A DNA stretch of 43,541 bases from an uncultured Bacilli bacterium (GTDB taxonomy: Bacteria; Bacillota_I; Bacilli_A; RF39; UBA660), in contig CANQYF010000002.1 of NCBI GenBank assembly GCA_947628075.1, positions 1-43,541 on the forward strand. Direction: 5' to 3'. This document shows, piece after piece, positions 16,484 to 25,623 of this stretch. The notes under the pieces are model-generated. The model was not told where the DNA came from, made no database searches, and worked only from the letters and a program-made list of their open reading frames with translations. Within the stretch, counting starts at the first letter, position 1. Each line of letters starts with the position of its first letter. Made by a program: the position numbers and the translations under genes.

Positions 16484-17545
16484 ATTAATTGTAACAATAT
16501 ATTTTACTTCTTTGTCAGTTTCTTCTTTTACTACATTAGTTGTATAATTATTATTTTTTAAATTTGTTTCTAAATTATTTAATAAATCTTCAGCTATCGC
16601 CATGTCTTTGATTTTAATAATACTTTCCCCTGGAGCAACAAAATCCAACAACTCAATTTCATTATTATCATTTAATGGAGTTTTTTCTTCTATGGTTAAT
16701 TCAGGAGCACTTGGTGTTTCCAAAGAGTTCATATTAACTTTTTCATCCTCTAAATAATTAAAAAATTTATTTGGAATTATGGTATTATTATTTTCATTAG
16801 TATTAATTATGTTTTCTTCCTCTACTTTTGCTGGTGGAATAATATCTGTTGCTGTTTCTTTAATTACATTAATATCTGGGTTTAATTCAATAATTGGAGT
16901 TTCTTGTTCTTCCACTTTTTCACCCACTTTACCCTCTTTTAATCTTCTATCTAATTCTTTAACTGTTATTCTTTCATCAATAATAGTTTTTAACCATTTA
17001 TTTTGTTCTTCCGTGTCTTCTAATTGTAATAAGCTTCTCGCATGTCTTTCTGATATTTTACCTTCCATTAAAGCATTTTGAACATCTTCAGATAATTGTA
17101 ATAGACGTAGTTTATTAGATATAGCTGATTGACTTAATCCCATCTTTTTAGCTAATTCTTCTTGTGTTAAATATCCTTTATCTAATAAAGCTTTATATGA
17201 TTTAGCTTCCTCAATTGCCGATAAATCTCTTCTTTGAATATTTTCCACGATTGCTACTTCGGCACTTTTTTTATCATCCATTGCCGTTATAATTGCCGGC
17301 ACACTCATTAGTCCTGCCATTTTTGAAGCTTTATATCTTCTTTCACCTGCAACTATTTCATATTTGTCACCAAGGCGTCTTAAAATAAGGGGTTGAATAA
17401 TCCCATGTTCTTTAATAGAAGATGCTAATTCTTTTAGTGAAGATTCTTCAAAATTAAGCCTAGGTTGAAAACGATTAGGAATTATATCTTCAATTGGTAT
17501 ATTAATAACTTGTCCACCTACGCCAGATGTATTCACTATAATCAT
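16472..17545 (-). CDS. noc: ParB/Noc-family CTP-dependent DNA-binding protein, Noc-like
   Basis: It has PNRFQPR, the GERR box (IVAGERRYKAS), and an HTH region LSQSAISNKLRLLQLSEDVQNALMEGKISERHARSLL that resembles Noc more than Spo0J. It lies directly downstream of rsmG, the noc position in Bacillus. A long N/E-rich insert precedes the C-terminal end. Confidence 0.7.
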   Translation of the reverse strand: MIIVNTSGVGGQVINIPIEDIIPNRFQPRLNFEESSLKELASSIKEHGIIQPLILRRLGDKYEIVAGERRYKASKMAGLMSVPAIITAMDDKKSAEVAIVENIQRRDLSAIEEAKSYKALLDKGYLTQEELAKKMGLSQSAISNKLRLLQLSEDVQNALMEGKISERHARSLLQLEDTEEQNKWLKTIIDERITVKELDRRLKEGKVGEKVEEQETPIIELNPDINVIKETATDIIPPAKVEEENIINTNENNNTIIPNKFFNYLEDEKVNMNSLETPSAPELTIEEKTPLNDNNEIELLDFVAPGESIIKIKDMAIAEDLLNNLETNLKNNNYTTNVVKEETDKEVKYIVTINKEE

Positions 17546-17574
17546 GCCCCTTTACTTCTATATTTAATTTTATC

Positions 17575-18291
17575 TTATTTACCTTTTTTTTGCAATGGCT
17601 TTTTTAATATTTTAGCATATGGTCTTAAGTCATTTAATTTTGTTTCCCCATTTTTACTTATTATTATTAAATTTCTTTCATTAGTGTTATTATGTAAAAA
17701 GAAAGTTATTATTTTTAAAACTTTAGCATGTAAAATCGTAATAGTATCTTTGGCGTCTTCTAATTCACTAGTAATACTACCTTTATAAGCAACAAATAAT
17801 CCTTTTGTTTTAACTAAAGGAAGAGAAATTTCGGCAAGTACCCGTAAATTAGCAACTGCTCTTGAAGTAACAAGATCAAATTTATTCAAATTAGTTTTAG
17901 CATAATTTTCTACTCTACTATTAATAAGTTCAACTTCAATATTAAGTTTATTTGCAAGTTCTTCTAAAAATTTTATTTTTTTATTATTAGAATCAAGCAA
18001 AGTAACCCTTATATGAGGAAAAAATATTTTAATAACCATTCCTGGAAAACCAGCACCAGTACCTATATCTAATAAATTTTCTATTTCATTTAAATTAACT
18101 TCTTTAACTATTGTTAAAGAATCATAAAAATGCTTTAAATAAATATCTTCATCATTAGTTATAGCAGTTAAATTAGTATGACTATTATATTCATATAAAA
18201 AATTTTTATAGATTTCTAATTTTTCTAACATATCATCTGTTATATTAACATTTAATTTTTTTACTTCTTCTATAAATTCACTTTTATTCAT
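17575..18291 (-). CDS. rsmG: 16S rRNA (guanine527-N7)-methyltransferase
   Basis: The 238 aa ORF has the SAM motif LLDIGTGAGFPG and follows mnmG (gidA-gidB arrangement). Confidence 0.93.
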   Translation of the reverse strand: MNKSEFIEEVKKLNVNITDDMLEKLEIYKNFLYEYNSHTNLTAITNDEDIYLKHFYDSLTIVKEVNLNEIENLLDIGTGAGFPGMVIKIFFPHIRVTLLDSNNKKIKFLEELANKLNIEVELINSRVENYAKTNLNKFDLVTSRAVANLRVLAEISLPLVKTKGLFVAYKGSITSELEDAKDTITILHAKVLKIITFFLHNNTNERNLIIISKNGETKLNDLRPYAKILKKPLQKKGK

Positions 18292-20146
18292 TTTTACTAT
18301 ATTCTTTCTTTAAATAAACTGCTAAAATAGCAATATCTGATGGATTAACGCCACTTATTCTTGAAGCCTGGGCAATTGTTCTAGGTCTAACCTTATCTAA
18401 TTTTTGTTTGGCTTCACTAGCTAAATTTTTAATTTTTTGATAATCAATATCATCCGGAATTTGCTTTTCTTCAATTTTTTGTAATTTTTCAGCTTCTTTA
18501 TAAGCTTTTTCAATGTAACCAATATATTTAAAATTAATTTCGACTTGATATTTGACTTCTAAATCATAGTTAAATTCATGAAAATTATTTAAAAAATCCA
18601 TGGTTATTTCTGGTCTTTTTAAAGCTTCGGCATAAGTTATATTTTGTCTTGGAATATCTATATTATGATTTTTAAAAACTTCTTTTACTTGTTCATTTAA
18701 TACAAGTTTAGTATTTTTTAATTCTTCCGTAAGTTTTTGAATATTTAGACGTTTTTCCTCTAATTTATGATATTGTTCTTTAGTAATTGTTCCAATTTTA
18801 TATGCAATATCTCTTAATCTTAAATCAGCATTATCATGTCTTAAAATTAAACGAAATTCGGCTCTACTGGTAAGCATTCTATAAGGGTCAGTTATTCCTT
18901 TAGTTACTAAATCATCAATTAAAACACCAATATAGGCTTCATCTCTTCTTAATACCAAAGATTCTTTATTTTGTAATTTTAAACTAGCATTAATACCAGC
19001 AATTAAACCTTGTCCTGCAGCTTCTTCATAACCACTTGTCCCATTTATTTGACCAGCAGTAAAAAGACCTGCAATTAATTTATTTTCTAAACTAGGTTTT
19101 ATTTGTAAAGGGTCAATGGCATCATATTCAATAGCATAAGCATATTTAGTTATAATAGCATTTTCTAATCCTTTTAAAGTATGGACCATTTCCTCTTGAA
19201 CATACTTAGGCATGCTTGTCGAAAACCCTTGTAAATACCATTCATCATAATAAATACTTTCTGGTTCTAAAAATAATTGATGGCGCTCTTTATCAGCAAA
19301 CCTTACTATTTTATCTTCAATTGATGGACAATATCTTGGTCCAACTCCAGTCGCATATCCACCATACATTGCTGATTCTTTTAAGTGTTTTTTAATTATT
19401 TCATGCGTTAATTCGTTGGTGTATACCAAATAACATTTTTGTTGATCATTTAATTTATATTGTGGTTTTATATCATGACTAAATGTCCAATATGTATTAT
19501 CACCAATTTCTTCATGCATCTTACTAAAATCGATTGATTCTTTTTTGATTCTTGGCGGTGTTCCGGTTTTTAAACGAATAATATTAAGTCCTAATTTTTT
19601 TAAATTATTACTTAAATAATTACTTCGATCTTCCCCATGAGGACCACTTGGAGTATTTTCTGAACCTATTAAAATATTAGCGTTTGTATATGTTCCTGTC
19701 GTTAAAATTACAGTTTTTCCCTCTATCCTTTTACCATTATCTAAGATAACACCCTTAACTATATTATTTTCCACAATTATATCTTCTACTTTAGCTTCTT
19801 CGATAGTTAAATTTTTATTTTTTTCTAAAAATTCTAACATTTTTTTGGGATATACTTTTTTATCAGCTTGAGCTCTTAAACTTCTTACTGCCGGTCCTTT
19901 TGAATTATTTAACATCTTAATTTGAAAATGTGATAAATCTGTAACAATTCCCATAAGTCCCCCTAAAGCATCTATTTCGCGCACTATAATTCCTTTAGCG
20001 GTTCCCCCAATCGAGGGATTACATGGCATATCAGCAATATTATTTTTATTCATAGTTAAAAGAAGGGTTTTCATACCCATTTTTGCTGCAATATTGGCTG
20101 CTTCACAACCAGCGTGTCCTCCTCCTACTACTATAATATCATACAT
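18284..20146 (-). CDS. mnmG: tRNA uridine 5-carboxymethylaminomethyl modification enzyme MnmG (GidA)
   Basis: The 620 aa ORF has the FAD motif VVGGGHAGCEAA and typical GidA conservation throughout. Confidence 0.97.
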   Translation of the reverse strand: MYDIIVVGGGHAGCEAANIAAKMGMKTLLLTMNKNNIADMPCNPSIGGTAKGIIVREIDALGGLMGIVTDLSHFQIKMLNNSKGPAVRSLRAQADKKVYPKKMLEFLEKNKNLTIEEAKVEDIIVENNIVKGVILDNGKRIEGKTVILTTGTYTNANILIGSENTPSGPHGEDRSNYLSNNLKKLGLNIIRLKTGTPPRIKKESIDFSKMHEEIGDNTYWTFSHDIKPQYKLNDQQKCYLVYTNELTHEIIKKHLKESAMYGGYATGVGPRYCPSIEDKIVRFADKERHQLFLEPESIYYDEWYLQGFSTSMPKYVQEEMVHTLKGLENAIITKYAYAIEYDAIDPLQIKPSLENKLIAGLFTAGQINGTSGYEEAAGQGLIAGINASLKLQNKESLVLRRDEAYIGVLIDDLVTKGITDPYRMLTSRAEFRLILRHDNADLRLRDIAYKIGTITKEQYHKLEEKRLNIQKLTEELKNTKLVLNEQVKEVFKNHNIDIPRQNITYAEALKRPEITMDFLNNFHEFNYDLEVKYQVEINFKYIGYIEKAYKEAEKLQKIEEKQIPDDIDYQKIKNLASEAKQKLDKVRPRTIAQASRISGVNPSDIAILAVYLKKEYSKNE

Positions 20147-20153
20147 ATTTATC

Positions 20154-21497
20154 CTACTTTCCTAAACAGAAATTACTAAATAAAGTATCTATTAATTCAT
20201 CACGATATACTTCTCCCGTAATTTCTCCTAAATAATTCCAAGCATTAGTAATATCAATTTCAATCATATCAATAGGAATATCACCATTTAAATTATTAAT
20301 TGCATTATTAATACTAGTTAATGCTTTTTTTAGTAAATCTATTTGTCTTACATTAGAAAGATAAGTCAAATCTTTATTATTTATTTTATCAAGTTCTAAT
20401 AACTTAATAATGGCATTTTTTAAAGATGATAAACCATTATTATTTATTGTATTTCCTATAATATAATCTTTTTTAATATTTAATTTGTTATCTAAATCAG
20501 ACTTATTAACAAATATTATTCTTTTTTCTTTGGCAACACTATTAATTAAATTTTCTTCGTAACTTGTTATTCTTTCATTATTATTTAAAACAATAATCAC
20601 AACATCGGCATCTTTAATAACCTTTTTACTTTTTTCAACTCCGATTTTTTCAACAACATCTTCCGTTTCCCTAATTCCAGCAGTATCGATAAAATTGATT
20701 AAAAAGCCATTATAAGTTATGCTACCCTCAACTATATCTCTAGTAGTACCTGCAATATTGGTAACAATTGCTTTATCTTCTTCTAATAAGGCATTTAAAA
20801 TACTACTTTTTCCAACATTTGGTTTGCCGACAATGGCAATATTAATGCCATCTTTAATTAATTTACCGTTTTTGGAATCTTTTAACATAATCTCTAAATT
20901 TTCTTTTACTTTTAAAAGTTTAGGCATCAAGTTATCTTTCGTAATTATTTCAATATCTTCATATTCAGGATAATCTATATTTACTTCAATATTTGCCATA
21001 ACATCTACTATTTCTTTTCGCATAGCTTTTATTTTCGTTAAAAGGGCTCCACTTAAATTATTTAAAGCTAGTATTCTTGCATTATCAGTTTTCGCATTAA
21101 TCAAATCATTAACAGATTCAGCTTCAGTTAAATCTAATCGACCATTTAAAAAAGCTCTTTTCGTAAATTCTCCTGGTTCGGCTAAACGACAACCATTTTC
21201 CAAAAGCAATTCAAGTATTTTACTCGTGGTATTTACGCCACCATGACTATTAATTTCAACAATATCTTCTTTAGTATAAGTTTTAGGAGCAAGCATAACA
21301 CTAACTAAAACTTCATCAATTTTTTCATCTTTATTATAAATAAAACCATAGTGAATAGTATGACTTTTAACCGTTTTTAAATCTTTACCATGAAAAAGAT
21401 TTGCCACTATGTTTATGGCATCTTTACCACTTACTCTTATGATAGAAATAGCTCCAATACCTGAAGATGTCGCAATAGCGCATATAGTATCTTCCAT
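20154..21497 (-). CDS. mnmE: tRNA modification GTPase MnmE (TrmE)
   Basis: The start is ATG 21497 with SD AAGGAG (MEDTICAIATSSGIGAISIIRVSG). It has the G1 motif GKPNVGKSS and the C-terminal CLGK. Confidence 0.96.
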   Translation of the reverse strand: MEDTICAIATSSGIGAISIIRVSGKDAINIVANLFHGKDLKTVKSHTIHYGFIYNKDEKIDEVLVSVMLAPKTYTKEDIVEINSHGGVNTTSKILELLLENGCRLAEPGEFTKRAFLNGRLDLTEAESVNDLINAKTDNARILALNNLSGALLTKIKAMRKEIVDVMANIEVNIDYPEYEDIEIITKDNLMPKLLKVKENLEIMLKDSKNGKLIKDGINIAIVGKPNVGKSSILNALLEEDKAIVTNIAGTTRDIVEGSITYNGFLINFIDTAGIRETEDVVEKIGVEKSKKVIKDADVVIIVLNNNERITSYEENLINSVAKEKRIIFVNKSDLDNKLNIKKDYIIGNTINNNGLSSLKNAIIKLLELDKINNKDLTYLSNVRQIDLLKKALTSINNAINNLNGDIPIDMIEIDITNAWNYLGEITGEVYRDELIDTLFSNFCLGK

Positions 21498-21554
21498 ATA
21501 CTTACTCCTTTCGCACACTTATATTAGCACAAATATGCTTTTTTTGCATTAAAA

Positions 21555-21573
21555 AACTTGGCTAATCCAAGTT
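21555..21573 (-). terminator. Terminator hairpin after jag
   Basis: The minus strand reads AACTTGG-attag-CCAAGTT followed by TTTTTAAT. Confidence 0.5.
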
Positions 21574-22181
21574 TATTCCGGTTTAATAATAACATGTCTA
21601 TTTGGTTCTTCCCCAATACTTTCAGTCGTTACTCCTTTAAAATCAGTTAGTATATTATGAACAATTCTCCTGTCATAAGCATTCATATTTTCTAAATGAG
21701 CTTCTACTTTTGTTTTATAAACATCTCTTGCCACATTTTTAGCTAATCTTTCTAGACGTTGTTGTTGTTTTTCGCGATAATTTTCCACATCTAAACAGAT
21801 ATATACTCTTAAGTTAAAATCTGTATTTATTTTTTGCTTTACAATTGTTTCTAAAGCCTTTAAAGTATTACCACCTTTACCAATTAAAACTGGGTTATTT
21901 GAAGAATATATTTTAATATAAATGGTATCTTCTCTAAGCTTGGTCTCAAAATTACAAGTAAGTCCCATATTCGTTAACAATTCTTCTATGTATTCCTTTA
22001 TATATTCTATAAGGTCTTTTTTTAAAAATGCTTTTACTTCAATTGAAGAATTTTTATTAAATAATCCACTCTTTTTTTCACAATATTTGTAATAAAAATC
22101 TTCTTTTGTAATATTTAATTCATTACAAATACTTTCTAAAATAGTTTCTAAATCTTTTCCTTCTTTAATTATTGTTTCCAT
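21573..22181 (-). CDS. jag: Jag/KhpB RNA-binding protein (KH + R3H domains)
   Basis: The 202 aa ORF has the KH-like motif LIGKGGNTLKALE and the R3H-like motif NAYDRRIVHNIL. It lies downstream of yidC as in Bacillus spoIIIJ-jag. Confidence 0.88.
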   Translation of the reverse strand: METIIKEGKDLETILESICNELNITKEDFYYKYCEKKSGLFNKNSSIEVKAFLKKDLIEYIKEYIEELLTNMGLTCNFETKLREDTIYIKIYSSNNPVLIGKGGNTLKALETIVKQKINTDFNLRVYICLDVENYREKQQQRLERLAKNVARDVYKTKVEAHLENMNAYDRRIVHNILTDFKGVTTESIGEEPNRHVIIKPE

Positions 22182-23205
22182 ACTTCAGACTCCTTTTAAC
22201 TTCTAACTTATCTTTTATTTTATCTTTTTTATTTTTGTTTGGTTTATCTTTTTTATCATCCGACAATTTTTTAAATATAAATGTTTGAATGGCGATAAAA
22301 GCATAAGTTATAATCCAGTATAGTGCTAAAGCTGTTGATAATGAAAATGATGTTACAACGATTAAAATAACCATAATATTAGTCATCATATTCATTTGTC
22401 TTTTCATATCAGGAGTTTGATTCATGGCTCCCGTGGATTTCATAGAATACTTAAATGAAAAATAAGTTGATCCCGCAATTAAAAGAATAAGAATGATATA
22501 CCAATAATTACCTTGCGATAGTCCGACATAAGGAGTCATACCTAAGTTAAATCCTAATAATTTATCTTCAAAAATGGCTGGTACTCTATTTAATGCTTGT
22601 AAAAAGGCAAAGAATATTGGCAATTGTAAAAATGCTACTAAACAGCCACTCATTGGTTTAACATCATATTTTTTATAAATAGCCATCATTTCTTGACTTT
22701 TCATCATCATTGAATCACGATCATCACGACCACGATATTTAAATTCCAGTTTTTCCATTTCTTTTTGAACTTTTTGCATATTTTTACTTTGTTTATGAGT
22801 ACGATAAGAAAAAGGTAATAAAATTAAACGAATTAGTAAACCAATAATTATAACTGATATACCCAAATTCTTAACAACACTACCTAATTTTAAGATTAAA
22901 TAAGCTAAAGGCTTAACAAATAATAATTCCCAAAGACCAGAAGCTTTATTAGAATTTAATTTAAACTCGCTACAAAATGGTAGTTTATTAAATGGTATTT
23001 TTAATTCATCACTATAATTAGCATAAATGTTATATAAATTTGAATTTTCACTTGGTTTACATAATATATTATTAGGTAAATTTTGACCAGTTTCTTTATA
23101 ACTAACTATTTGATTTTTATCATCCTTAATATAATCATTAGTACCACACCCACTTGTTAATAAAATCATCCCTATTAATAATACTACTAATAATTTATTT
23201 TTCAT
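22165..23205 (-). CDS. yidC: Membrane protein insertase YidC (lipoprotein type)
   Basis: It has the lipobox LLTSGCG, multiple TM segments and a basic C-terminal tail. It is in the conserved rnpA-yidC position. Confidence 0.92.
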   Translation of the reverse strand: MKNKLLVVLLIGMILLTSGCGTNDYIKDDKNQIVSYKETGQNLPNNILCKPSENSNLYNIYANYSDELKIPFNKLPFCSEFKLNSNKASGLWELLFVKPLAYLILKLGSVVKNLGISVIIIGLLIRLILLPFSYRTHKQSKNMQKVQKEMEKLEFKYRGRDDRDSMMMKSQEMMAIYKKYDVKPMSGCLVAFLQLPIFFAFLQALNRVPAIFEDKLLGFNLGMTPYVGLSQGNYWYIILILLIAGSTYFSFKYSMKSTGAMNQTPDMKRQMNMMTNIMVILIVVTSFSLSTALALYWIITYAFIAIQTFIFKKLSDDKKDKPNKNKKDKIKDKLEVKRSLKYGNNN

Positions 23206-23533
23206 ATGAAGCTCCTTTATTTAATAAATTAATCAATTCTAATTCCATCTTTTCATAAGATAAATTTAATATTTCTTTCTTACATATTATAATATAATTA
23301 TGAAATTTTGGAAATATATTTATGTTATTATCAATAATATTTCTGATTTGTCTTTTAATTTTATTTCTTATAACTGCATTGCCTATTTTTTTACCAACAG
23401 CAATGCCATAATTATTTTTAATAAAATCTTTTTTGGAAAAACAAATTACATAATATTTATTGCTAATTCTTTTACCGTTATTATAAACATCATTAAATAA
23501 AATTTTTGATTTTAAAATATCTCTTTTTTTCAT
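23195..23533 (-). CDS. rnpA: RNase P protein component
   Basis: The 112 aa ORF has an RNR-like motif (KIGNAVIRNKIKRQIR) and lies downstream of rpmH. Confidence 0.93.
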   Translation of the reverse strand: MKKRDILKSKILFNDVYNNGKRISNKYYVICFSKKDFIKNNYGIAVGKKIGNAVIRNKIKRQIRNIIDNNINIFPKFHNYIIICKKEILNLSYEKMELELINLLNKGASYEK

Positions 23534-23558
23534 ATTAGTTAAAAAAACACGTAAGAAA

Positions 23559-23681
23559 TTACTTTGTTAATTCCTTACGACCTTTTCTACGACGATTATT
23601 AATTATCTTTGTTCCTTTTCTAGCAAAGAAACCATGCTTTTTAGCTTTTTTTCGATTGTTTGGTTGATAAGTTCTTTTCAT
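23559..23681 (-). CDS. rpmH: 50S ribosomal protein L34 (short, 40 aa)
   Basis: It is too short for the ORF track. My reverse translation reads [51 protein letters not shown] is present. Confidence 0.9.
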   Translation of the reverse strand: MKRTYQPNNRKKAKKHGFFARKGTKIINNRRRKGRKELTK

Positions 23682-23715
23682 AATGATTCCACCTCTTTCT
23701 TCAGTAAGCGCTATT

Positions 23716-23745
23716 ATTATAATATTATTATATTAGAAATGTCAA
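23716..23745 (-). promoter_or_regulatory. Promoter for rpmH-rnpA
   Basis: The minus strand reads TTGACA (23740-23745), 18 nt, TATAAT (23716-23721). Confidence 0.55.
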
Positions 23746-23788
23746 GAAATAACATATCTAACAATAATTAACAAAACATTAAAAATTT

Positions 23789-24038
23789 TTATCAACATTC
23801 AAAATATGACAAAATTTGTATTTTTAATATTTAAATAACTTTATTTTAACAAAAGTCAAGACTTGAAATTTCCTTAATGTAAAGTATAAATTTAAGTTTT
23901 CAACACTTTCAACATTTGAAAAAGCTTAACTCAATTGTTTAAAAGTTTAAAAGTTGACAAAAAAATGTTGAAAATGTTAATAACCTAATGTAACATAGAT
24001 ATTACCTAGAAAATTTATGTTGAAAATTATGTTAATAA
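23789..24038. promoter_or_regulatory. oriC: oriC part 1: DnaA-box cluster upstream of dnaA
   Basis: These 9-mers are within 1-2 mismatches of TTATCCACA. Forward orientation: TTATCAACA 23789-23797, TTTTCAACA 23897-23905, CTTTCAACA 23906-23914. Inverted orientation: TGTTGAAAA 23966-23974, TGTTAATAA 23975-23983, TGTTGAAAA 24018-24026, TGTTAATAA 24030-24038. The cluster is at the rpmH/dnaA divergence, where gene-strand bias switches. Confidence 0.8.
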
Positions 24039-24059
24039 AAACATATAAATAAATTTTTC

Positions 24060-24089
24060 TTGTAATAAAAATTCATTTAATGGTACAAT
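24060..24089 (+). promoter_or_regulatory. dnaA promoter
   Basis: TTGTAA (24060-24065), 18 nt, TACAAT (24084-24089), with an upstream TG (extended -10). Confidence 0.5.
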
Positions 24090-24130
24090 TATTTTGGGAT
24101 ATTTATGATTGTGGGGTGAGGTAATAACAC

Positions 24131-25492
24131 ATGAAAACTAAAGAGATTTTTAAATCATTTTTAAATGAGATTGCAGACTCAGTTAGTAGTAGTACTTATT
24201 CCGTTTGGTTTAATGATCTAGAATTAGTAAGTATGGATGATCATACCATGGTTATCAAAGTACCTCTTCCAGTTCATAAACAAATACTTAAAAATACTTA
24301 TTTAGAATTAATTGATGAAACAATTTTCTCTTTAACCGGTATTAATTATGAATTTCAATTTTTAACAAAAGATGAATTACAAGAACTTAAAGAAGATGAA
24401 AAAGAAAAAATATCTTTAAATGAAAATAAAAATGATATAGTAGAATGGAATACTAATTTAAATCCTAACTTAAATTTTGATAATTATGTTGTTGGAGAAT
24501 CTAATCGTCTTGCTTATATATCCGCAATGAATGTTGCTCAATCTCCAGGAACAATTAGAAATCCTTTATTTATATATGGTCGAAGTGGCATTGGGAAAAC
24601 GCATTTAATGCATGCGATTGGCAATTATATTACTGAACATTCTTCAAAAAAAGTTTTATATACAACAAGTAATGACTTTAGAGATGAGTATGCTGGTATT
24701 TCAAGACAAGAAAAAGGGAAAGATTCTATTGAATATGCTAATAATTTTAAAAATAAATATCGCAATGTTGATGTTTTAATTGTTGATGATATTCAATTCT
24801 TAGTCGGAGCAGAGCTAACACAGCAAGAATTCTTCCATACATTTGAAGCTCTTCATCAACAAAATAAACAAATAATTATATCAAGTGACCGGAGTCCAGA
24901 TGATTTAAAGAAAATAGAGGAAAGATTAAGAAGTCGATTTACTTGGGGACTTCCAGTTGATATTTATCCACCAGATTTTGAATTAAGGTGTGATATAATT
25001 AATCAAAAATTGGAAAATACCAGTATTAAAAATAAAATTAATAGAGATGTTATTGAATATATTGCTAATGCTTGCCCGAATGACGTTAGACAAATAATTG
25101 GAACCATTAACAGATTACTTGCTTATACCGCCATGATGGCTCCAGAAGTTATTACTTTAGATTTTGCGATTGAAGCCATAAAAGATTATGTTAATACTAA
25201 TATATATCAAGAAAATACAATATCACATATTCAAAAAGTGGTAGCGGATTTCTTTAAAATAACGGTGGAAGATTTAAAAAGTAAAAGAAGAAGTAATAAT
25301 ATTGCAAGACCTCGTCATATAGCCATGTACTTATGCCGAATTGAAACCGAAGAAAACTTAGCAAAAATTGGTTTAGAATTTGGAGGTAGAGATCATTCAA
25401 CAGTAGTAGCAAGTTGTGAAAAAATAAAAAATGAATTAAAAAATAACACTACACTTGATAACATGTTGAAAGAAATAAAAGCAAAGTTATAA
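24131..25492 (+). CDS. dnaA: Chromosomal replication initiator protein DnaA
   Basis: The 453 aa ORF has Walker A GRSGIGKTHLMHA, Walker B LIVDDIQFL and a C-terminal DNA-binding domain (RPRHIAMYLCR...GGRDHSTV). Confidence 0.98.
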   Translation: MKTKEIFKSFLNEIADSVSSSTYSVWFNDLELVSMDDHTMVIKVPLPVHKQILKNTYLELIDETIFSLTGINYEFQFLTKDELQELKEDEKEKISLNENKNDIVEWNTNLNPNLNFDNYVVGESNRLAYISAMNVAQSPGTIRNPLFIYGRSGIGKTHLMHAIGNYITEHSSKKVLYTTSNDFRDEYAGISRQEKGKDSIEYANNFKNKYRNVDVLIVDDIQFLVGAELTQQEFFHTFEALHQQNKQIIISSDRSPDDLKKIEERLRSRFTWGLPVDIYPPDFELRCDIINQKLENTSIKNKINRDVIEYIANACPNDVRQIIGTINRLLAYTAMMAPEVITLDFAIEAIKDYVNTNIYQENTISHIQKVVADFFKITVEDLKSKRRSNNIARPRHIAMYLCRIETEENLAKIGLEFGGRDHSTVVASCEKIKNELKNNTTLDNMLKEIKAKL

Positions 25493-25495
25493 TAA

Positions 25496-25566
25496 TGTTG
25501 AAAACAAGTTAATTATTAACATAAGTAATTTCAAAGCATTTGTTAAAAAATAATAAGTTATTAACA
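25496..25566. promoter_or_regulatory. oriC: oriC part 2: DnaA boxes and AT-rich region between dnaA and dnaN
   Basis: Boxes are TGTTGAAAA 25496-25504, TTATTAACA 25513-25521 and TTATTAACA 25558-25566. The bipartite layout matches Bacillus-type origins. Confidence 0.6.
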
Positions 25567-25623
25567 TTGTTAACAGTATAATAAAAACAATAATATTAAT
25601 AATAAAAGAAAGAAGGAGATATT

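Noticed and set aside
17241-17256. A possible parS inside the parB/noc coding sequence (TTTTCCACGATTGCTA), at the place where B. subtilis spo0J carries a parS.
   Set aside because: Only the left half-site resembles parS and the right half is unrelated. It is probably just the coding sequence for the conserved VENIQR segment.
16779-17788. Plus-strand ORFs at 16779-17081 and 17465-17788, overlapping the noc-like gene and rsmG.
   Set aside because: They are antisense to conserved genes, S/L/I/F-rich and lack an SD. They are treated as spurious.
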